DNA of 64,000 bases from a virus, in IMG/VR virus record IMGVR_UViG_3300021963_000105, positions 5,310 through 69,309 of that record. One strand, 5' to 3'. The notes beneath the pieces are model-generated. The model worked only from the letters and a program-made list of their open reading frames with translations, was not told where the DNA came from and searched no databases. Positions 46,434 to 59,300 of this stretch are shown here, piece after piece. Both the position numbers and the translations under genes were made by a program. The stretch's first letter is position 1. Every line of letters begins with the position of its first letter.

Positions 46434-47306
46434 TTATTCGTTAGCGCTTTCTAATAAAGAAAGAATTACACTTAAATCCGATGAGCCAGAAACTATAAAA
46501 CCATATGTTTGCTCTAATACTAATTTACCAGACACAACAGGCGAAAGTGAATCCGCAGGTGGTACTAATACATTAGTTACTAATTGAATTGGTGGTTGTG
46601 CTACTAATACAGGATTTTCAATTGTATTAATAATTACATCTTTTAATTTACCAATTAAATACCCAGAAGAACTAATTTCTGAAGCAGTTGGTGTGATGGA
46701 TGTATTAAATGATTGTGTAACTGCATTTTGGTATATTGTACTAACTGATGTTGAACCAGTTATAGATTGATTTTTAATTATTTGTTGTGCTAATGTATTT
46801 GCATATTCTATTGTAAGTAGTGATGCACTATATTCAGTTGAATCAATTACACTAACACCATTTTTTGTAAAGAATGATTTTGCAAACTTATTTGTTCTAA
46901 TTGTTGTGTTATTTTTTATATCATATGCAAATGCATCAATTTCATCCAATGCATAATTTTCAAATAAAGATGATGTAAAAGAAAATGGAGTTTCCGATAA
47001 ATTATTTTGATATTGAACATATGCAGCTGTTTCCTTTCTAATAAATTGTCTATTAAGAGTTAATAAAGCAGATGCGGATACATAACTACCCGTTGCTTCA
47101 ATTCCCTCAAAATTTGGTATAGGTAATTCTTTATTAGATGTTACAAAAATAGTTACAGGTTGATTTTGATAACTATTGTTTGTTATTTGACAAGATAATA
47201 CAATAGATGAAACTCCAGAAGGAGTTACATATATTTCATCTTGCTCACCAGTCAGAGTTGCTACTACTGACTGAAACCTATTAAGAGGTACGAATACTTG
47301 TGCCAT
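46434..47306 (-). CDS. Structural adaptor-like protein with an inserted helical repeat
   Basis: The termini resemble 34496..34828 and the middle resembles the repeat of the 4167-aa protein. Confidence 0.65.
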   Translation of the reverse strand: MAQVFVPLNRFQSVVATLTGEQDEIYVTPSGVSSIVLSCQITNNSYQNQPVTIFVTSNKELPIPNFEGIEATGSYVSASALLTLNRQFIRKETAAYVQYQNNLSETPFSFTSSLFENYALDEIDAFAYDIKNNTTIRTNKFAKSFFTKNGVSVIDSTEYSASLLTIEYANTLAQQIIKNQSITGSTSVSTIYQNAVTQSFNTSITPTASEISSSGYLIGKLKDVIINTIENPVLVAQPPIQLVTNVLVPPADSLSPVVSGKLVLEQTYGFIVSGSSDLSVILSLLESANE

Positions 47307-47326
47307 TTTCTTTTATTTTATCTTTT

Positions 47327-50300
47327 TTATATTTGTAGTGCTAATGAGAACGGAGTTACTAATGAGAACAATGATTTACTAAATGTTCTACCAACTAAAG
47401 TTCCAGTAGCTTGGTTGATACTTAATCCAGTACCAATTCTAAAGTCACCATCCTGATTACCAGATGTGAAGTAAATTCTACCACCACCCAATTGAGTGAT
47501 TTCGTATGCCGGATTTGCAACACCACTACCACCTTGATTTGGAGGTAATGCTTTAAATGTTACACCTGCTCCGTTATATGAGTAGTCAATACCCGTTGCC
47601 ACAATTAGTGAACCAAATGATTCTAAAGGTGCTCCCGCCGCAATAAACTCTGCTCTTGTTCTTAAATATCTATTAGTTTCCAAAGTCTCTAATAGTTGGT
47701 CTCTAGTCACTGCAATTGCACTTCCGTATTGACCATTATAGTAAGATGATGCTGCCGCAATTGCTCTTTCATTTCCACCATATAATAAATCGGTTGCACA
47801 CGCATCTACAATTAAACCAGTATCACGCGAACAACTTGCCTCATTATATACTAAATATGGGAATGCTCCATTTGTGTATCCGATTGCTTTATCTTTTAAT
47901 TCTTGCTTTGAACCTCTTAACCTTGCAACAGCTGCTTTGCGTTTTGTACCAGGGAATACTAATTGAGTTTGAGTTACAATTTTCTCTGAAATACCTTTAG
48001 CATAATTAATACCATCCACAGTTTGTTTTTTCTGTCCAATCTGTCCGTTATCAGTATAAGATGGTTGGATTGCTACTGAAGGTATCTTATAATAGTAAGA
48101 ACCTGCCTCAATACTTCTTTCGTTACCACCATAGATTAAATCAGTTGCTACCGCATCTATAATAAATCCTAAGTCACGCGAACAACTTATTTCGTTGTAT
48201 TGTAATGTACTCCAAGACGAAGATAAGAACAATAATGTTTCTTTTTGGATAAATGATTTGTTAGCTACCAATAATTTCTTACCATATTCCGCAGATGCTG
48301 ATGGAATTAAGAATGTTGGGTTAGTTACAATTTTAGTTGATAATCTACCAGCATATCTTACACCAGTTACCGTTGGGTCTAATTGATTTTGCGTTGATGG
48401 AACTCCCTTATTAGTTGCATTTGATGGGAATAAATAGTAGTAAGTTCCAGCAGTTATTGCTCTTTCTTGTCCACCATATAATACATCCGTTGCTGCCGCA
48501 TCTATTAGGTATCCAACATCTCTACTACAAGAAGCTTGGTTGTAATAAACACCACTCCAAGATGAAGAAACATACTCAATTACTTCAGCTGCAATAAACT
48601 TCTTATTCTTTCTTAATAAATCAAATGATGCAGATGCTGCAGTTGTTGGTGTTACAAATGTAGTACCACTTACAACCTTTTGTGCAATTCTACTTGCGTA
48701 TTCAATACCATCTATTGTTTGTCCTAATTGTCCTACACTATCACCATCACCCAATAAAGTTGCTTTTGATGGATATTTGAAATAGAACTCACCACTCATT
48801 ACACTTCTTTCGTTTCCTCCGTATAATAAATCAGTTGCTACACCATCTACAATGTATCCAATATCTCTTCTACACTTATCTTTGTTGTAATCAAATGTAC
48901 TCCAACTTGCTGTTAGGTAGTTCATTGTTTCCTCCTGAATAAATGTTCTATTGTTTCTTAATAATGTTACAGATGCTGAAACAATAGTTGTTGGGTTTAC
49001 AAATGTTTTACTTTGTGCTAATTTAGTTGTCAAACCTTTAGCGTAATCTACCGCAGTTACAGTTGGTTCTAATTCAGCCGATGTTGCGTTAGATGGATAT
49101 TTGTAATAGAATATACCAGCTAATGCACTTCTCTCATTTCCACCATATAATAAATCGGTAGAAACCGCATCTACAATGTATCCTAAATCTCTAGCACAAG
49201 TTGCTTGTGAATAAGTAAACTCATTCCAAGACGAACTAACAAATGCTAAACTTTCACTTTGGATAAATGATTTGTTATTTCTAATCAAATTGTATGATTG
49301 AGATACTACTAATGAAGCAGTTTGGAATACTACATTTTGTAATACCTTTTGTGCTAAATTACTTGCGTATCTAATACCATCTAATGTTTGATTAAATTGT
49401 GATGATGTTGCAAATGATGCTGATTCAAAATAGAACTTACCATTTACAATTGAAGCGGATGCTACACCAAATAACATATCTTCCGCTGCTCCACTAATAA
49501 TCAAACCAACATCTCTCTTACATTTATCCTGGTCATATTGGAATCCACTCCAAGACGAACTCATATATGCAATAGTTTCATCTTTAATAAACTCAATGTT
49601 CTCCTTCAATAAGTTATATGCGTAATATACATTTGAAGCTGTTGATGGAGTTGAATAATTTGTTGGAGTTGGTATAGATGAACCAGTAGTTTCAACAATA
49701 TTATAAGTTATTGCAATTGATGCTGAAATTAATGATGCTTCGTAAGCAGTTCCAACTTCAGAACCAGTTACATATTGAGGTGTATTTGTCACCTTAATAT
49801 TATTGTAAGTATTATTTCTTACCAATGGTTCTGGGATTGTAATACTATTGATTACCGATGTTGATAATCTTCCAGCATATTTAATACCCTCAATTGTTTC
49901 AACCGATTGAGAATCAGTAGCTTGTGATGGATATTTATAGTAGAAGTATCCAGCTTTTGAACTTCTTTCGTTACCACCATACAATAAATCAGTTGCTACT
50001 GCATCTACAATATATCCCAAATCTCTAGCACACTTAGTTGATGAGTAATCTAAATTTGGATATTTTGCATCAATGAATGCAATACTCTCACTTTGGATAA
50101 ATCTCTTATTATCCAACAATAAGTTGTAAGCCGTAAGATTTCCAGCAGATGGAGATGTGTATGTTACATTATTTACCACATTTAATGCAGTTCCTTTTGC
50201 AAATCTCACACCATCTAATGTTGGGTCTAATTGTGCCGTTGTAGCTTGTGATGGATAATCATAGTAATATCTACCAGCAACAATACTTCTTTGGTTTCCA

Positions 50301-53300
50301 CCATATAAAAGGTCAGTTGCTACCGCATCTACGATATAACCAATATCTCTACTACAACTTGCTTCATTGTATTCAAACTCACTCCAAGAAGAAGATAAGT
50401 AAGCAATACTTTCACTTTGTATGAATCCTTTGTTAGCTTTTAATACTACAAATGATGCTGATGTTTGTAATGATGCGGATATGTGAGTTAATTTAATGTT
50501 TTGTACTACATTTTCAGCAATTCCACTAGCAAATTTCAAGGCTGTGATTGTTTGGTCTAATTGAGAACCATTAGCTTGTGATGGATACTCTAAATAGAAT
50601 TTACCATTTACTAATGATGCCGAATTACCACCATATAATAAGTCAAATGCCGAACCACTAATGATTATACTTAAATCTCTTTCACATTTTGTTTGGTTGT
50701 AATCAAATCCACTCCAAGATGAACTCATATATGCAATTGTTTCATCAATAATCATTTGTTGATTACCAACTAACAAATTGTAAGCGGAAGTTATTTTAGG
50801 ATTTCCGTTTGCGTTTGGATATGATGATGGTACATAAGTTTGAGAACCACTTCCGTTAGTAATTACATCAATTACCAATGCAAATGATGATGAAATCAAT
50901 TTACTTTGTAATCTAGCCGATGCACTACCACTAATAAGTTGTGGAGTTTCAGTTACCTTAATACCACCAGCATTATTTGATACATAAGTTGGTGCTACGG
51001 ATGTTCCGTTTTCAATTATGTTCAATATTGTAGCAAATGATGCTGAAATTGTAGTATCGTTTGCATCACTACTTCCAGTTGATGATGGTATTGGACTTAA
51101 TCCACTATTTGTAATTCCACCAAATGTATTTTCAACCAATGTAGGTATAGAACCAGTTCCATTTCCTATAATATCAGTAACAATACCATAAGATGAACTT
51201 ACACTAGCTGTTTCCGAATTATAAGTACCAGCTCCCAATGTTTGAGATACTGAACTTATGTGTAATAATGTTGGAGTTTCTAACTCAAATCCATAGTTAA
51301 AGTTTCCAGCCAATGCATCAGGTAATGAATCAGCTCCACCATAAATGATATCTCTGATTAAATTAAATGATGATGTTATTACACCAACCTCAACTGAACT
51401 AGCTGATATTGATGATGAATATTGTGTTACGTTTGTTACTTTAACCAAACTTTCAACATTTGATATAGTTGTTGGTTTAGCAGTTAATCCACCCTCAATA
51501 ATTTTAGTTACAATACTAAATGATGAAGATACATTAGTTACTTCAGTAGAACTTCCACTATTAGCAGATGTGAATTGAGTTACACCAGATACTTTTATGT
51601 TACCATCCGTATTTGATGTAATTACAGGAGAACTTAAAAGTATATTTTGTGCTACTTTCTTAGCTACCGCTTTAGCGTAATTAACACCATCAACAGTTTC
51701 TCTAACTTGAACTGCTTTAGTTGCTAATGATGGGAATCTATAATAGTAATCACCTGCAATAGAACCTCTTTCGTTACCGCCGTATAATAAATCGGTAGAA
51801 ACTGCATCTACAATGTATCCAACATCTCTTCTACATTTTGTTCTATTGTAAACTAAATCAGGATAAACTGCATCTATGTATTGGATTGCTTCGTCCTGAA
51901 TGAATGATTTGTTCTTTCTTAATAATTCAACCGAAGATGAAACATAGTAAGAAGCAGTTACCAATAATGTGTTACTAATTACTTTCTGTCCTAATCCAGC
52001 TGCAAACTTAATACCACTTATTGTTTGGTCTAATTGTGCATCAGGTGAAGCAAATCCTACAACAGTTGCTTTTGATGGATATAAGTAATAGTACTCACCA
52101 GCTTTTGAACTTCTTTGGTTTCCACCATATTTCAAGTCAGTTGCTACTGCATCTAAAATATATCCTACATCACGAGAACAACTTGCCTCATTATAGTAGA
52201 ATCCATCCACACCACTCCAAGAAGAACTTACATATTGAATTACTTCTTTTTGTATTAATGGTTTGTTTCTGAATAATAAATCATATCCAGCTAATTCAGA
52301 AGTTGTTGGTGTTGATAATAAAGTATTTCTTACAATTTTTTGTGCAATACCTTTAGCGTAATCAATACCTTCTAATGTTTGATTTAATTGCCCACCAGTA
52401 TCCCCATCGTTTCCAACAGTTGCTTGTGATGGATATAAGTAATAGTATTCACCAGCTTCTCTAACTCTTTCGTTTCCTCCGTAAAGAATATCAGTTGCTA
52501 CCGCATCTACAATATATCCAGTATCTCTACTACAACTTGCTTCGTTATAGTAGAACCCACTCCAACTAGCCGATACATATGCGATTGTTTCAGCTTGGAT
52601 TAATGATTTGTTTTGGAATAGTAAATCGTAAGCAGTTTGTTTTGATAAAGATGCTGATGTGAATGTTACATTTTGTAATACTCTTTCAGTAATTCCTTTA
52701 GCGTATTTGATACCACTTAATGTAGGTCCTAATTGAACATTGGTTGCGGTTGATGGGTATCTATAATAGAATTCACCAGCTTCAATTGCTCTTTCGTTTC
52801 CTCCATATACTAAATCGGTTGCTACTGCATCTAAAATATATCCAACATCTCTCTTACAAGTTGTTTCGTTGTAATCAAACTCACTCCAACTTGCCGATAC
52901 ATATGCAATTACCTCATCTGCGATAAAATCTTTGTTTTCGTAGATAAGTTGTTTAGCTTGTAATTTATTTTGAGTTACTTTTTGGAATTGCCCACCTCTT
53001 AATATTTTCTCCGCAAGATTTTTAGCGTATTGAACACCTGTCACAGTTTCTCTAATTTGAGAACCAGTTGCTTGCGATGGATATAAATAGTAGAATTTAC
53101 CAGCAGTTATACTTCTTTCGTTACCACCCCACTTGAAATCAGTTGCTACCGCATCTATGATATAACCAACATCTCTCTTACAAGTTGTTTGGTCATATTC
53201 TTTTGTACTCCAAGAAGAACTAATATAAGCAATAGTTTCATTTTGAATAAATTGTTTATTACTTACCAATAAATCATATGCTCTAATAGTTTGAGCTGAT

Positions 53301-56300
53301 GGAGAAACAAAAGGTGTATTTGTTATTAATTTTTGTGCTAATCTACTTGCGTAAATTACACCATCCAATGTTTGATTTAATTGTGCTCCTTGCGCTTGAG
53401 ATGGATATTCATAATAATATTTAGCACTTACAACTGATGCTGAATTTGAGTTGAATACCAAATCCTCCATTGCTCCACTAATAATCAATCCAATATCTCT
53501 TCTACATTTACTTTCATCATATGAAGCAGTACTCCAAGAAGATGATAAGTAAGCAATGGTTTCATCCTGAATAAATGTTAAGTTATTTTTTAATATTCCA
53601 TATGCTACCCACTTATTTGTATTATTGGTTGGTAGAATATAAGATGAAGTTGGTAATGCTAAATTACCTAATGTATTTGTAGTACCATTTGCTATTACAT
53701 TTGTTACAATTGAAATAGATGCCGATATTAAACCAACTTCCGTTGCAGTTGCAGATGAACCAGAAATATACTGCGGAGTTGCAGTTGTTTTAATGTTCAA
53801 ATATGTATTATTTGTAATAGTTGGTAATGAACCAGTTCCGTTTTCTAAAATGTTAATAACATAGTTGAAACTTGATGTTACACTTTTAGCTATTGATGAA
53901 GATATTGCAAATGATGAAGAGTATTGAACACTATCGGTTAATTTAACCAATCCGTTTACACTCTTAACCAAATTAGGTGTTGAACCAGTTCCAAATTCAA
54001 CAATATCTAATACAATATCAAAACTATCGTTTGAACCACTTATTAAATTATTAGATATTGAAGCAGTTGTAATAAATTGTGTAGTATTAGTTTGCTTTGT
54101 TGCAGATGTTGCGTTTGTTACAATAGTTGGTAGTGAACCAGTTCCGTTTTCAACAACATTTAATACAATATCAAACCCACTATCTACTTTATTTATTTCA
54201 GTAATTTGTGGTGTTATGAATGAAGTAGTTTGCGTACCACCAGTTATATTAACACCTTTATTTGTATTTTTTACAATAGTTGGTAATGAACCAGTTCCAT
54301 TTAATACAATGTTTATTACATTTGCAAATGATGCAGATACAATAGTTTTATCGGATGATGTTGCTGAATTGGAAGATGTATATTGAGTTTCCGAAGTTAC
54401 TTTAATTCCTTTTTGAGTGTTTTCAACTATTGTAGGAATTGCAGAACTTCCACTTAGGATTACTTTACTTACAATATCAAAACTTCTTTCAATTGCTATA
54501 TCACCAATTGATGCTAATTTAGCCAATTCTTTAGCGTATCTTAAACTATCAATTGTTTCAAATGCTTGAGAATCCGTAGCTTGGGATGGGTATAAGAAAT
54601 AGAATCTACCAGCAGTTATACTTCTTTCATTTCCACCATATACCAAATCAGTTAATACATTATCTAAAATAAATCCAACATCTCTTCTGCATTTAGCTGT
54701 ATTGTATTGTAATGCAGGATATGTATCTGAAATGTAATCGATTGTATTTTGTTGGATATAATCTCTATTTTCAAACACTAATGCTTTTGCATCCAATACC
54801 GCTTGAGATGGTTTAGAGAATACATTATTTACAACAACCTTTTGCGATAAAGCATTTGCTCTTTCAATACCAGTAATCGTTGGGTCTAATTGTTGAGTTG
54901 CCGATGGTACACCACCAACAGTTGCTGCAGATGGATATAAGTAATAGAATTCACCAGCTTTTGATGTTCTTTCGTTACCACCATAAACCAAATCAGTTCT
55001 AACTGCATCTATGATATATCCTACATCTCTCTTACATTTAGTTTCATCATATTGAACACCGCTCCAAGAAGAACTTACATAGGCAACTACCTCTTCAGCT
55101 ATAAATGTTTTGTTTAGAGATAGTAAATTACTTGCGTTTAATTTATTACTATCAGCAGATGTAAATGTTTGACCAACAACAATCTTTTGTGCCAATTTAG
55201 ATGCGTAATTTATTGCATCAGTTGTTTGGATTAATTGTGAACCAGTTGCTTGAGATGGGTATTTGTAATAGTAAACACCAGCTACTCTACTTCTTTCATT
55301 TCCACCATAATATACATCCGTTGCAACCGCATCTAAAATGTATCCTAAATCTCTTCTACAAGTTGCCTCATTATAGTCAAATGAACCCCAAGAAGAACTC
55401 ATGTAAGCGATTGTTTCATCCTTAATGAACTCTTTGTTGTTTTTCAATAAAACTGCCGCATTTTGGTTAGCATTTGGTGCCGCAACAAATGTTACATTTT
55501 GAATTATTTTTTGTGCTAATTTACTTGCGTAATTGATACCATCTAATGTTTGGTCTAATTGCCCATCGGTAGCTTGTGATGGATATTCATAATAGTATTG
55601 TCCATTTACTACCGATGCCGAATTTGCGTTAAATAAGAAATCTTCAGCTGCTCCACTAATAATTAAACCAACATCTCTTCTACACTTAGTTTCATCGTAT
55701 TGGAATCCACTCCAAGAAGAAGATAAATATGCAATTGTTTCAGCCTGAATAAACTCAATATTATTTTTTAATGTAGTGTAAACTAATGCTGAATTAGTTG
55801 CTGATACATAATTTGATTTAGGATATTCAGTATTTCCTGTTTCAATAATTTGAGTTACAATAGAAATAGATTGTGAAATAAAGTTTACATCTTCTAAACT
55901 ACCGCTTGTTGATGTTTGAGTTTCATTACTTACTTTTCTATGAGCAGTAACATTATCTACCAATGTAGGAACTACACCTAATCCATTTGTAATAATATCA
56001 ATAATAGTACCCATTGAAGAACTAATTGAAGCACTTTGAGCTCCAGTAGCTGCCGTTGATGATACTAATGATGTTGCTGTTACTTTTATGTTTCCAGCCG
56101 CAGATGATGTTATAGGTTGAATTGAACCTGTACCATTACTTATAATTCTAGCTACATAAGCAAATGATGATGAAATTGATGATGTTTGTGCAGTACTTGC
56201 AGTAGAACCAGTAGTTTGTAAACTATCAGTTACTTTTATTAATCCATTTATTGATGATGTAAATACAGGTTCTGCTGCAATTCCACCATCTATAATTTTA

Positions 56301-59300
56301 TTTACAATTTCAAAATTTCTATCAATTACATTTACTTCATTTGGTGTTGTATATCCATTTTGTATTTGAGTAATAGAACCAACATGCAATGGATTATTTG
56401 TATTCCAAACTTGAGAACTATTTTGAGCTACCAATGATGGAATTGCAGATACACCCCTTTTAATAATTCCTTCTATAATAGAGAATGAACTACTAATTGA
56501 ATTTTGATTTGCAGTATTACCAGAGAATGTAGATGTTACATTTGTTTCATTTGATACTTTTATTCCTCTTTCGGTATTTGTAATAATTTTTGGAGTATCT
56601 AACAACTGATTTGTAACAATATAATCTGCTAATATTTTTGCATATTTAACACCAGCTATTGTTTCTTTCTTTTGTTGTGTAGTTGCTATTGATGGAATAT
56701 CATAGTAATATCTACCTGAAGTTACACCTCTTTCAATACCTCCATATAATAAATCCGTTGCAACTCCATCTATAATATATCCAACATCTCTTCTACATTT
56801 TGTTTGATTGTATTTTAGGGATGGGTAAACTACATTAATGTATTGAATTGTTTCGTTTTGAATCAATTCTTTATTATCCAATAATAAGTTATATGCCGAT
56901 ATTGTTGATGAATTTGCAGATACGAATGTACTATTCATTGCTAAATTCTTAATCAAACCAGCCGCATATCTTACACCAGTTATAGTTTGCTCGGATTGAG
57001 TTGAAGTAGCTTGAGATGGATATTTGTAATAAAATTCTCCAGCTTGAATACTTCTTTCATTTCCACCATATTTGATATCAGTTGCTACCGCATCTAAAAT
57101 GTATCCAACATCTCTTCTGCATTTAGCTTCGTTATAATTAAATCCATCAAATCCACTCCAAGAAGAAGATAAAAATGCAATTGTTTCGTCTTGAACAAAT
57201 TGTTTATTATCTCTTATGTTATCCCAAACTTCATAATTATCAGTTTGTGGTGAAGTGTATGTTTTACCATTTAATAAGTTTATAGCCATTCCAGCTGCGT
57301 ATTTAACAGCAGTTGTTGTTGGTGCTAATTGAGTTGTAGTTGCTTCGGATGGAATTGTGTAATAAGTAATACCAGCTCTGATACTCTCTTCGTTACCACC
57401 ATATAAAAGGTCTTTTGCAACACCATCTATAATGTACCCAACATCTCTTCTACAAGTTGTTTCATCATATACAAAATCAGCCCAAGAAGAATTAACAAAT
57501 TCAATAACTTCTTCCTGAATGAATGATTTATTGTTTGTAAGAATTTCATATGCTTTAACTGTGTGAATATCGGTTTTAGCGATTGAACTACTAGCTATTG
57601 TTAAAGGATATGTTAATGTATTTTGTATTAAATATTCGGGTGTTGTTGATGAATTTACAATATCAAATGTACCCACCATATCTTGCGAATTATCCGCAAC
57701 ATAATATAATTTAGATGGTGCATTATATGGAACTTGGAATGTTATATTTCCAACACTATCTCCATTATTTATTACACCATTCATATAATCATACGCATCC
57801 GTAATTCCACTAATTGGTGCAGTTCTTATAAAAAATGGATAATTGTTTGGACCTACTGCCTCCGATGCCGAAACATAGAATTTGTAAGTTTCCCCTCTAA
57901 ATAATTTTATTGTAGGATTACCCTCAACCCCATCCCATGCATATGATGAACTATTAACATTTGTTATAGTGTATGCTCTTTTATGATTGGTAGGAATTAC
58001 TTCTATATTGCTCCCAGTACCATTTGCTAATATATTGTAAATTGTACTAAAACTTGCACTAACTTCATTTGTTTTTGCTAATGAAGATGATACACCCAGC
58101 ATAACTTGCTGAACATTTCCAGCATAAATTGTATTTTCATTATTAGAAACTAATGTTGGAATTGCACTTAATCCATTTTTAATAATATTTTGTATAATTC
58201 CAAAAGATGAACTAATTGAACCAGTCAAATTAGCTTTAGGAGTACCTATCGATATTGGTGATGTTTGTGTTGTTTTTATTAAATCAGCATTATTTGATTT
58301 AAAATTATACGAACCAGTACCATTGTTTAATATACTGATTGTTGCCGCAATTGATGCACTTATTTGAGTTAAATCGGAATTAGATGCATTAATTGAAGAA
58401 GTGATTTGAGTTGCTCCTAAAATATTGTATGGAGATTCTGCACTATATCCTTTATTTGAACTTTTTGCTAATAGAGTTGGGAAATTTGATGTTCCGTTTT
58501 CTACAATAGCACTAATCAAATTATAATCAGCCATTATCTCCGCAGTTTCGGATGCAGAGGCAGTGTATGATACATTTGTTAAACCAGCATTTGATTGAGA
58601 TATAGTTGTATTAACTCTAATACCTTCTGCTGTATTTAAGGTTGTTATAGTTGGTAATCCTTCTTCTAACCCACCTTTATTAAGAACATCAACAATTACA
58701 CTCCAACTATCTCTTACTCTTTGCTTTGATACCAAATCACCACCACTACCAGATATAAAACGAGAACCAGATGCGTACATACCATACAAACCAAACGAAA
58801 TGTTTGAGTTGTTTAGGGTAGCGTGTCCACCATTGTTTACTCTAATTGCATAGTATGAGAAGTTATTAAAGAAAGATACCAACTGAATGAATCCTCTACC
58901 ATTTACCAAACATCCCACACCATTTGGAGAAATCTGCGTATAGGCATCCAATACCATTGATGCCAAAGGTGATTCTGGGTGTACCGCATCTCCGTTTACA
59001 TACAATCCACCACCACCCGGCTTAATATCCTCATAAAGTTCCGTAAATGAGTTCTCCTGATTTGAAATCTGCGAGCAGTTCTGAATGTACGGAGAAGTTG
59101 TTATGAACGCTCCTGGCTGAAATGCAAAACCAAAACCTTTATCAGGATTTATTTGGTCTGGATACAACTCTAATCCACCAACCGTTACCTCCGCAACATA
59201 ACATCCACTATTTACCCAAAAAAGGTCTTCGTTTTTGTTTTGTGCTAATATCTTTGTAATACGAAGACCAGAACCCCAAATTGTTGAGTTCTTTGGAAGT

